Assembly (NCBI GenBank): GCA_951406725.2
Contig: OX597820.1
Span: forward strand, 4,402,001 to 4,466,000
Length of the DNA stretch: 64,000 nt
Direction of reading: 5' to 3'
Source of the DNA: Octopus vulgaris
Taxonomy: Eukaryota
Positions 12,875 to 25,636 of this stretch are shown here, piece by piece; the stretch's first letter is position 1; each line of letters begins with the position of its first letter. The notes under the pieces are model-generated. The model searched no databases and was not told the DNA's origin. It saw nothing but the letters and a program-made list of their open reading frames with translations. The translations under genes and the position numbers were made by a program.

Positions 12875-13255
12875 AGTACTGCCTGACTGGCACGTGAAAA
12901 GCACCCACTACACTCTCGGAGTGGTTGGCATTAGGAAGGGCATCCAGCTGTAGAAACTTTACCAAATCAGATTGGAGCCTGGTGCAGCCAAATTGTCCAA
13001 CCCATGCTAGCATGGAAAGCAGACGTTAAACAACGACAACGATGATGATGATGATGATGATATATATATATATGTGGTTTGATGCTTGGGAAAGTTATAA
13101 AGTCTTTTTACATTTCGAGTCTCTGCTCTTCAACAGAAAGGAATAAGAGAAAATAAACAGAGAGAGAATAAAAAGATTGTGGATTTAGCAATCAATCATA
13201 TACACACATACGCATAGGGGTACATATGCACACACATATGTGTGTGTATGGGGAA

Positions 13256-13286
<31 letters not shown>

Positions 13287-16200
13287 GAGAGAGAATTCTC
13301 TGTTAATGTCACTTACCGTTATCTCCACGTCCCCAAGCAAATACTTCATGTTCATTGGTCACTGCTAAAACATGTGATGCACCACATGACACCTGCATCA
13401 CTTCATAACCCAGAAGAGCTTCCACTATTTTTGCCTGGTGCACAGAGAAAGAAAAGGTAAAAAAGATATTAGAGATGCTACAGCGGTAACGGAGCAGATG
13501 ATGATGAGAATGGTGAGAGCATTGACAACCATCACTGTTGAGGACGCCACTACCACGACCACCATCATCACCCACCCTCCACCTCCTCCTCCTCCTCATC
13601 ATCATCATTTTAGTATATATTTCTTTATTGCCCACAAGGGGCTAAACATAGAGGGGACAAACAAGGACAGACAAAGGGACTGAGTCAATTAAATCGACCC
13701 CAGTGCGTAACTGGTACTTTCTTTATCGAACCCGGAAGGATGAAAGGCAAAGTCGACCTCAGCGGAATTTGAATTCAGAACGTAGCGACAGACGAAATAC
13801 TGCAGAGCATTTCGCCCGGTGTGCTAACGATTCTGCCAGCTTGCCGCTATCATCATTTTAGTATAGAGAAGCTATTACTGTGTAGTCGTTATCATGACAC
13901 GTGTAACGATGGAAAGGAGTCCCAGGTTATTAAAAAAAACAGAAGGTCTGTGGAGATTGGAGAAAGATAATTCTGCAACGGCCCCAGGAGGAGGAAAAAT
14001 GTCAATGCGAAACGTTCAAGGTTTGTAATTTCTGGGGACATATTCCCAGGCCCTAGAATAATTCACCAATGACCCCCACCCCTAATAATATTCCAATTTA
14101 CCAAATTTTTCTTTAGAGTAGATCTGGGGTCACTTTACACTGTAAAGATTTTCTAACATGCACTCGGTCACCTCCCTCCGCCTTCCACCCCTCCTCCCAT
14201 TTTGTTTCTTTGATACTGTCTCTCTCACCTACCCCCCCCATCTCCCAATCTCTACAGCCCCTTCTCTTCCTTTTATAGCCCCCCCCCCCCCGCTGCATCT
14301 CTCTTTGTTTGCTTTTTTTGTGTTCCTTCTCATTTGCTATTCAAACTCTCCCCCCTCAACCCTTGTTTCTACTCTTCCTCTCCCTCATCCTCCGTTTCCC
14401 TTTATTCTTCTTTCTTCCCTTCTCTCACGTCCTCTAATCACCTTATCCTCCCTTTAAACACATTCACCACCACCACCACCACCACCACCGCCGCCGCCGC
14501 CACCACTGCCACCACCACCACCGCCACCACCACCACCACCACCACCACCGCCGCCACCACCACCACCACCGCCACCATTTCCCCCATCAACTTTTTGTTC
14601 CTTCTCCATTGATTCCTACAGACTGATGGCAGCACAACTGGTCTGTCTGGTGATCCACCGATTATATTGGTGAGAAACAACTTGGATACGGTTCATCTTC
14701 ATCGGTCAATAGCAACATTAATTTGTACGAAAGGGGGAACATAACATATATGTGGCAGGGCATGAAAGTCACCACATTCTGACAGATACAGAAGAGGTGG
14801 GTTGGTGTGGGGTGGGGTGGGGGCACTGGACAGATAATACGTCAGAAGAACGATGAAGACATAACCACAGAGGTCAGTGGTAGGTGTAACGGTGGTGGCG
14901 GTGGGGGTAGAAATCACAGACAAAAACTTGTAGTACATCATCATCATCGTTTAACGTCTGCTTTCCATGCTAGCATGGGTTGGACGGTTCAACTGGGGTC
15001 TGTGAAGCCAGAAGGCTGCACCCGGCTCCAGTCTGATCTGGCAATGTTTCTACGGCTGGATGCCCTTCCTAACGCCAACCACTCCGTGAGTGTAGTGGGT
15101 GCTTTTTACGTGCCACCTGCACAGATGCCAGACGGAGCTGGCAAACGGCCACGGACGGATGGTGTTTTTTTGTGCCACCGACACAGGTGCCAGACGAGGC
15201 TGGCGAACGGCCACGAACGGATGGTGCTTTTTACGTGCCACCTGCACAGGTGCCAGACGAGGCTGGCGAACGGCCACGAATGGATGGTGCTTTTTACGTG
15301 CCACCCGCACAGGTGCCAGACGGAGCTGGCAAACAGACTTCGTTAAATTCAGGGCGGAAAGGGAAACTAAATCAATTGTTAAAATTACGATACTGATGAC
15401 ACTAGGTTGGTCTTCGTTAGCATCATCATTGTCAGAGTTCTCTTCTCCTCCACTACCACCAGCATTATTATTATTCAGCATCTGCTTTTCCATACTGGTA
15501 TGTGTTGGCTGGTTTAGCAGGGGCCGGTAGGGCAGGAGCCACACTAGGTTCCTTTGTCTGCTTTGGAGTGGTTTCTACCGCTGGAGGCCCTCCCCCCTCT
15601 ATAACATTATACTCAGTATTAAAGAGCTGTTCTTCACTCCTGCTCCAGAGCGTCGGCTGCAGGGTCATTCCGAAAAGCTCTATCTGCGACGATTCCATCT
15701 CAATCGAAGGAGAGGGGCTTTCTCTGTCCGGGTTGCGGATCCATGGAACAAGCTGCCAGACGAGATGGCGAAGATGCCGACGACCGCTTTGTTCAAAGTC
15801 TCCCTTGACCTCAAGTGGCCTGAACACCACCCTGTACATAATTCCATGTCCCCCTACATGGCCTTGCTTTTTGCATTTTGAGCCAAAAAATTAACTAACT
15901 AACTAACATATAATACACTAGGCACTAATATATATTATAGTACTTTACAACACTAGTTACTAATGTGTACCAGAACACTAATGTTTAATATTATAACAAG
16001 CTGACAGAATCGGTAGAGCACCAGAACAAATGCTTCGTGGTATTTCTTCTGACCTTATGCTCTGAGTTCAAAAGCTGCAGGGGTCGACCTTGTAAGTATC
16101 AATAAAGCACTGGGGTTGATGTAATCGACTTGTCCTGCCTCCCCCTTGAAGTTACTGGCCTTCTGCCAAAATTCGAGACCAATACGGAATATAGTACACA

Positions 16201-19200
16201 CCAATGCTATTAATAGCAATTACAGCAGTGCACACATTACTTATCTGCAGTCAGTCGTTGCAACCAGGACTGTTCATGGCTTTGGCATGACTCGATCAGC
16301 TTTCTCCATAATGGTCAATTTTTAGCTCAGGTTTGCCATTTATTATGGATCAATTTCTTTCCACTTCAAGTTCCCTTTTTGCAGTGTCTTTGAATCTCAG
16401 TCTAGGTCTTCCATGGTTTCTTTACCCTCTTTGCATTGTTGGGAGTAAGGAACTCCCTTTTACTCTTTTACTTGTTTCAGTCATTTGACTGTGGCCATGC
16501 TGGAGCATGCCTTTAGTCGAGCAACTCGACCCCGGGACTTATTCTTTTGTAAGCCCAGTACTTATTCTATCGGTCTCTTTTGCCGAGCCGCTAAGTAACG
16601 GGGACATAAACACACCAGCATCGGTTGTCAAGCAATGCTAGGGGGACAAACACAGACACGCACATATATATATATATATACATATATATACGACGGGCTT
16701 CTTTCAGTTTCCATCTACCAAATCCACTCACAAGGCTTTGGTCAGCCCGAGGCTATAGTAGAAGACACTTACCCAAGGTGCCACGCAGTGGGACTGAACC
16801 CGGAACCATGTGGTTGGTAAACAAGCTACTTACCACACAGCCACTCCTGCACCTAATATATATTTTAAGTTTAAGAGCATCAAGATAAATGCACACACAC
16901 ACACACAGAGGATGGTGTAAGATGGGTGTTGTTACAGGGTATATATTTGTATATGAAATATAAATTTGGCTTTGATTTAAAAACAAAACACATCCACTTA
17001 AATTTACTGCAAGAGTAGAATTCTAAAAAAAAATTTACCATTCTTGGTCGGGTGCCTATGTGTATATAGTAGTGATACTCACATTGTACCCTCTGAATAT
17101 ATACATAGGTATACAAATGTATACATATCTCACACTTTCCCCCCACCCCTTCTCTCTTTCTGTGGCGGGGCAATAGACATTTCTGTTGCCCAGGTGACCA
17201 AATTAGCAGTGGAGGAGGATGTTCTGAAAGCCTAGTTGCTAGAATAAGAACTGATTAGAGAAAGTTTGGAGAGCTATTACTTCTGTTGATAACAAAAGGT
17301 CTCCGTCTCATAGTAAAAGGTAGATTATACGATGCCGTATGTGAACGGCAGTGATTGAGACAGGGTCCCTGAATGGGATCGAGACACATGCAGGGGTTAG
17401 AAAGAAATGAAATGAATATGCTCCATTGGTTGGTGCAGCATCAGTGCACTTGCACAACAAAAGTGTGCTGAGAGAAAAAATTGGGCCTTTGCAGCATCAG
17501 ATGTTGTGTGCAAGAGAGAAGACACTGCATTCCCTTCTTCCTCATCTCTAACCATTTGTCTCTCTCTCAAGAAATTACTCACCAACCTTTCCCAATTCTC
17601 TCTATTCTCTCTTGTATTCACCTTCTGGTACGTTGAGGGAACGCACCCATTTCACTCCCGTGATCTGTTCTCCTTTTGCAGCTGGACCAGCCATGTCTAT
17701 CCTCAACAGTAAGACAGACGGCTGTTCCCGTCCCCCTATCATACTGTGGTCTCTCAATGCTTGGCACAAAGCCACCTCCCTCAATACTGCATCCCTGCCC
17801 AGTCAAGGGGTCTTGTCTTGGGAGTTACTTGATAACTTCACAAGCCCCCCCCCCAGTACTTCCTGTAATGGGGCTGACATTAGAAAGGGCATCCAGCTGT
17901 AGAAAACATTCAAACCAAGAAGCGTGATCCACTCAAACTGTTCAACCCATGCCAGCTAGGGAGACGGGTGTTAAATGATAATGGTTATGTGTGTGTGTGT
18001 GTGTATTTCTTTACTACCCACAAGGGGCTAAACACAGAGGGGACAAATAAGGACATACGAATGGATTAAGTCGATTACATCGACCCCAGTGCGTAACTGG
18101 TACTTAATTTATCGACCCCGAAAGGATGAAAGGCAAAGTCGACCTCGGCGGAATTTGATCTCAGAATGTAAAGACAGACGAAATGCCACTAAGCATTTTG
18201 CCCGGCTTGCTAACGATTCTGCCAGTTCACCGCTGTGTGTGTCTATACATACATACACACACACACATGTAAACATAAATATATATATAAACATAAATAT
18301 ATGTAATATGTATATATACATACATACATACATATACATCTATATACATACATACATACATATACATCTATATACATACATACATACATATACATCTATA
18401 AGCATACATACATACATATACATCTATAAGCATACATACATACATACATATACATCTATATACATACATACATACACATCTATAAACATACATACATACA
18501 TATACATCTATATACATACATACATATACATCTATATACATACATACATACATACATATACACATATACATCTATACATATACATCTATATACATGTAGG
18601 AATTTGTGCTGCGAGATTCCTGATGCGAAACTGTGTGTTCAAACAGATCTTGTTATATTTCAGGATGGTTTTCTTTTTCTCCTTTTCGCCAAATAAACAC
18701 ACGAACGATATATTCGTTCTTCACTTGTTTACTTTGTTTATTACTCTTCTTATTTTAACTGATATCCATTGTATCCGGAAATCTTGGACCTCTTCAGCGA
18801 CACTTTCCATCCTCTTGGACTAAGCAGAGCAAGTGCACACACGAGGATGGAAGGTGTCGCTGAAGAGGTCACAGATGTGTGACAAAAGATTTCCGGACAA
18901 TGGACATGAATTAGGATAAGAACAGTAATAAACGAGTGAAGAACAAATATATAATGCGAATATAAAACTGACCATCCTGAAATACAACTACATATATATA
19001 CAATTGTATGTGTTTCTTTCCCAAAGTATTTCACGTACTTCTTTATTTCTAATTAGACATTTTCATAATTTCATTTATCAAAATAAATTCTTCAGTTCTC
19101 CTCCTTGAACTTTTCAACAAAAGCCTATATTTAATTTGATGTTGAGACTGTTTGGTCTTCATATTGTTGCTCTCTTATAGAATGCATGCCAGTTCTACAT

Positions 19201-19208
19201 ACATACAT

Positions 19209-19261
<53 letters not shown>

Positions 19262-21944
19262 AACGATGACCACTAAGTGGACATCCATTATGCTAGAGGT
19301 ACACCCCATATGGTCTGACCATAGTGATCAAACCATATGGGGGTCTACCTCTAGCATAATGGATGTCCACTTAGTGGTCATCCCCCCTTATATGCAATAT
19401 AATTTTTCTGAATCTTCAGATTTTTCTATATGCTACGCCACTGGTTTTAAATTGATATTAATCAAATTAATATTCAATTTTTCACCCTTATTATTTAAAT
19501 TTATATATATATAATATTTATTTGTAGTATATTCAACCAGCAAACATGCTAACAAGCCTTTCACACAGATATTAATGTGGTTTGCGTTTGGCTGAATGTC
19601 TGTAGATCAGATTCTTTTCATTGTATCAACTGCTGGCCGTGAACTGGAGCTGTCAAAGTTAACAGGAGAGGTCGTCATTGTGGTGGTGGTGGTGGTGGTG
19701 AGTGAGATCGTGTGACAATCACTACATGTCAGCTACTGGGGCTGCAACTTGAGCTCAACCTGCAAAAAATAGCAGCCAAATCTCAAATCACATGTTACTG
19801 TCCTAAAAAGAGGGACAGTTTGGACAATGCAATCCCTAATATACAAAGATATGGCCGGAGCACTTTAGGTGATTGGTTTACTGTATTACAACTGCCAGGG
19901 GTTGAAGCAATAAAAGCAGAGGGTCCAGCTGTGGAGATTAGTACAGGTGTGGCTAATAAGGGAGATAAGGACAGGTGTAAATGTTGGTCTCAAATGTTGG
20001 CACAAGGCCAGCAATTTTAGGGGAGGGGTAAGCTAGTTACATTGACCCCACTGTTCAACTGGTACTTATTTTATTGACCCCAAAAAGGATAAGAGGCAAA
20101 GTTAACTTCAGTGGAATTTGAAGTACATTGCTCAGCATGCTAACGATTCTACTGGCTTATCACCTGACAGGTGTGAATATTGAGACAGAGTAGTACAGGT
20201 GTGGTTTGTAAAGGAGTTAAGGATAGGTTTCATAAAGAGCCACCACTCCTCTCATACACTGGATCTCATATGAGACTTGTTTTGGTTTGGTTTCTATAAC
20301 TTACTGCAGGGAAGGCATGGTAGGAGTGGTGTTTTCTCTTGTGACATCAGTATAGGTGTGTGGAGTACTTTGTTCAAATCTGCATAGAGAGTACCTCAGT
20401 AATGGGAAACATACTTTTACTGAGATTCTTTGATTGAAGATTGGTGGGGAAGGGGAGTGGGGTGAGGTGGGGGTAGGGGTGAGTGAAAGGGGTAAGGGTT
20501 GGATGGTAGAGACGAGAGTCATTAAGGGGGGGAGATGCAAAGGGAATGTTGGGTAACTGCAGAAGTGAACGTAGCAAAAGCAAGGGGTAGGGAGTACCGA
20601 AAATGTTGGTGTAATATCAAACCCCCAAAGTCAAAAACTTGGTAGAAATCCTCATTTGGTGGATGCCGCTGATGGTGGTGGTGGTGGTGGTAGTCATGGA
20701 GACATGATACTGAAAGAAGATGATATTTTGTGAAGATTATAAATGCGAGAAGAGTATCTGGAACTCACATGAGTAACATCATTATAGTTGCCATGTCCCA
20801 GACAACCATTGGCACCACTTCCCAGAGTCATTAGAATCCCTCGATCTGTAAAAGACAATTGATGATGACAATGATGATGATGATGATGATAATAATAATA
20901 ACAATAACAATAATAATAATAATGATAATAATAATAATGATAATAATAAATGATTTAGAGCCTCCGTTTCCGGTTTTTTCTTTTAAACCGGAAATGGAGG
21001 CTCTAATCTGTGCTGTCCAAGAGCAAACACTAAGAACAAACTACAAAAATACAGAATAGACAACACAGCAGAAAGTGATAAGTGCAGAATCTTTGGGCAA
21101 AACGGTGAAACCGTATGGCATATTACCAGCCAATGTAGCCACTAGCCCAGAAGGAATATAAGAGAAGCCACGACAATATAGTTGGGCTTGTCCATTGGAC
21201 ACTTTGCAACAAGTATGGACTTGACAGAGGAAAAGATTGGTACGACCACAAACCCGAATGCATCGTCGAAAATAGAAATGCAAAGATCCTGTGGGATTTT
21301 ATGATTCAGTGCGACCATGAGATAGAGAATAGGAAGCCAGGCATAGTCTTAATTGAGAAAGAAAACAAACTATGCTTGATCATAGACATAGCAAGCCCAG
21401 CTGACAACAAGGTATGCGATACGGAAGAAAGAAAAGTCGAGAGATATGACAGGTTAGCTTGGGAGGTTAAGCAGTTGTAGTCGATGAAAAAGGTAGCAGT
21501 AGTACCAATAATTGTTGGAGCCCTGGGAACAGTGAGCAAAAATCTCAAGAAGTACGTGTGGAACAAGTAGGGCCTGCAATAAGGGTGGAGCACTTGCAGA
21601 AAACAGCACTGCTTGGAACCGCTTGAAATCTCTGGAAGGTGCTCGAAAAATAAGAGGTGTTACCTTAGTTTCTCAATACCTGGCATAAATCCTCCTCTCT
21701 TTCCTTAATAACCCCCTTCTCACTTAGTCACAGGGTTTTCCCCCTTTTCTGTCTTGTGGTTTGCCTGGCAACCTTACTAGTGTCAGCGCCACAAAAAAAG
21801 GGCAAACTGTAAAGAGATTGGTGTTAAGAAGGGCATCCAGCTGGAGAAACCCCGTCAAAGATGACACCGGGGTTAGGTGCAGCCTTGCAGTTTGCCAGAT
21901 CCAGTCAAATTGTTCAGCCCAGGCCAGCAAGGAAGACAAATGTT

Positions 21945-21992
<48 letters not shown>

Positions 21993-22036
21993 GGATGATG
22001 ATGATGATGAGGATGATGATGAGGATGATGATGATG

Positions 22037-22103
<67 letters not shown>

Positions 22104-22126
22104 GGATGAGGATGATGATGATGATG

Positions 22127-22164
<38 letters not shown>

Positions 22165-24610
22165 ATAATGAACTAACCTGTCAAACAGGCAGCAAAAAGA
22201 TCTCCGCAAGAAACATGTTGAATTGTGACGGCCGCTTGACCTTCCAGGTATCTTGGTATAAAAGCAGGGCTAGAATTCTCTACAGTTCCAGGTAAGACAC
22301 TGTCAGTTGTAATTCCTGTACTCTGAAAGTTGAAGAACAATGGACGGTGGTCTCATTGAAGATTAAAGATCTTTCACAATGTTTCACTCGAGACAGAAGG
22401 GAGAGACGGATATTCAGGTGACTTAATTAGTATTCAAAAATAACCAGTAATTAGCTAGGGTCTGGTGAGTGGCATGCTTAGATAAGTATTGTCATATAAA
22501 TAATAAAGCTGGGTGTTGAGGTCATCCCTATATATATATTGCGTTAGCATGATTATCTGGTGTCACTCTTAAAGGTGTGTCCTGCCAGCCATAAATAGTT
22601 TGTTCATGTGTAGACATTACTCAATGATATTGTATTTGGCAAGACTCTATGTTTCAGCAATTAAATGACTACTCCCTTTGTTCTCTGCTTGGTTATAATG
22701 TGTTTGTGTGTGTGTGTGTGTACGTATACATGATGCACACAGTTTTGGTGTAGACGCAAGGTCTTGATAATGAGAACATTACTATCACAGGTTCAAAAGT
22801 CTTTCCTTGAGCCATTGGTTCATACGGCCATTTTCCCGGATTCTGTGACATACATATTCCCCTTACCCTGTACAGGACACCATCACAGGATTACTCCCTG
22901 TTGCCAGCTGAGTGGACTGGAGCTATGTGAAATGAAGAGTTTTGCTCAAGAACATAACATGTTGCCCAGTCCAGGAATCGAACCCGCAATCTTACGATCA
23001 TGAGTCCAACGCCCTAACCACTGGGCCATGTGCTTCCACTATTGTTAGTACAATATAGTATTGTACATGCACATCAGGATATCAGTATGGCAGAGTATTC
23101 GCTCTGGTATAGAATAGTATTAGAATGGTATAGTAGTCTGCTAGTATAATAGAACACTGTGCTGGTGGCACGGGGAAAACCCTCAGTACACTCTGTAAAG
23201 TGGATGTCATTAGGAAGGGCATCTGGCCATAGAAACCAAGCCAAAGCCGACACAGGAACTCAATGTGGCCTTATGGCTCACCAGATCCTGTTGAACTGTC
23301 CGACCCATGCCAGCATAGAAGATAGACATCAAACGATGATGATGATGATGATAAAATATTAGCATAGAAAGTGTGATTTATAAAAGGTTGTATAGTGAAG
23401 TTTAGAGAAAGGGTCTGATAGAAGAAGGTGGTAAGTTTCCACGAAAATCATAATTCAATTATTTAAAATATTAAGTTAAAAGTCGGGAAATTTTGGGGGA
23501 AAAGAAATTGTTCATTTTTAGTGTTTTAATTTTGTAGTTGATAAAGAAATCATTTTAGGGAGTGGTGATTAATGGAGATTTGTTAAGATTAATTACTTTC
23601 AAGTTTGAGTAAATAAACAACTTAATCTTTCAAAGTATAGCAAGAATGGTGTTTGAAAATATATTGAATTCTAAGAAAATGATAAGGAGTGCAGGAGATT
23701 ATGTATGTGGGGGGTAAAAGTATTAGTGTTAATAATGCTTTAAAATCTTGGCACAACGCCAGCAATTTTCGAGGGAGGGGGGCAAGTAGATTACATTGAC
23801 CTCAGTGCTCAGCTGACATTTATGTTATTGACCCCGAGAGATTGGAAGGCAAAGTTGACCTCGGCAGAATTTGAACTCAGAACATAAAGATGGTTGAAAT
23901 GCCACTAAGCATTTGGCACAACATGCTAAGCATTCTGGCAGCTCACTGGCTTTGTTAGTGTTAATAATAATAATAATAATAATAATGGTAATAATGAAAT
24001 GTCATCAGGCTGTTGACATTGAGAAACTATCAGCTATAATACCATGCCAAATGTTTATAATAAACCTTACCTCCCAAACAAATAATCGACCACTTTTAGT
24101 GACAGCGGCTTTCTGGGTTCTTCCTGCAGCCACTTGAATGACTTGGGTGTCACAACTTGGCAGAGTTAATTTCAGTGGTTGTGGAATGCCACCTCCCCAA
24201 CAATACACACAGCTTGCAGCCTGAGATTTCTCTGAGAGAGTATCTTAATAAACAAACAAACAACTACAACAATCACAAAATATTCAATGTGTCTTTTGAC
24301 AAATCTATTTTTCAGTTTATCAAAAAAATATTTCTAGAGCAACAATCCCATATCTTCCTGGCCTTTACAGTTGAATCGAAGGAAATTGAACAATGGTCAA
24401 TGTTCAGAAAAGTACGAAGTAGAAAAGGTTTGTTGACTGAAGAGTGGCTATAGGCGCAGGAGTGGCTGTGTGGTAAGTAGCTTGCTAGGTTCCTGGCTCA
24501 GTCCCACTGCATGGCATCTTGGGCAAGTGTCTTCTGCTATAGCCCCGGGCCGACCAATGCCTTGTGAGTGGATTTGGTAGACGGAAACTGAAAGAAGCCT
24601 GTCGTATATG

Positions 24611-24641
<31 letters not shown>

Positions 24642-25596
24642 ATGTGTTTGTGTATCTGTGTTTGTCCCCCTAGCATTGCTTGACAACCGATGCTGGTGTG
24701 TTTACGTCCCCGTCACTTAGCGGTTCGGCAAAAGAGACCAATAGAATAAGTACTGGGCTTACAAAGAATAAGTCCCGGGGTCGATTTGCTCGACTAAAAG
24801 GCGGTGCTCCAGCATGGCCGCAGTCAAATGACTGAAACAAGTAAAAGAGTAACTTAGTTTGATGTCAGGAAGAGAAAATATTTAAGATTAAGGACAGAGT
24901 CTTTTGTCAGAGCAAGATAGTAACTCGACTGCCTGTATCCCTGACACAACCTTCAAATGTCTGGTTCCAGCAACAGGGTTCTCTCTACTCACTGCAGCTG
25001 GAGCATTTTTAATAATTGGATCTCAACATAAGAATAACAATGCAAACCTTCCCACGACCAGTCTTGAATAAAATCATTTCATTACTTGTTCTTCGTCTAT
25101 TCTTCTTCTTAATTGCCAGGATAGCATCAGATCAGTTGATTGTAATAAATGCAACAATATTATAAAAATAGATTTATGAAGTTGGGCCTTTATTCAACCC
25201 TGGAAAACATCAATACATCTATTTCCTCTCCATTAACAATCATTCTGTTAGTGCCCCAGATGAATTGAAATACAGGGAACCAGGGCTTTTATTTCAACAA
25301 CAACAACAACACAAACAACCTTTAATTGACTCACAACGATGAGTGACAACTCTTGATATTCAATAAGGCGGTGGTGGTAGTGGTGCTGTGTGTGGTGGTG
25401 GTGGCTTTCTTTAGCAATCCTTAGAAATGGTTGATTGTTTTTAATGATCTAAACATCTTCCAAATATTTATCCTGGCTGATATCAATATTGATGTAACAA
25501 CACAGTGCGATCAGACAGACAGGCACACACACACTCACATGCACACACACACTCACACACACATGCACACACACACACACACTCTCACACACACAT

Positions 25597-25636
<40 letters not shown>

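Noticed and set aside
15090-15335. Regularly spaced ~60-bp repeats resembling a CRISPR array
   Set aside because: The spacers are homologous to each other, the array is part of a dispersed RTE 3' UTR, the context is eukaryotic, and there are no cas genes.
18089-18823. 244-aa His/Tyr/Ile-rich ORF, and similar poly-M, poly-T, poly-RE and poly-HT ORFs
   Set aside because: These are translations of microsatellites.
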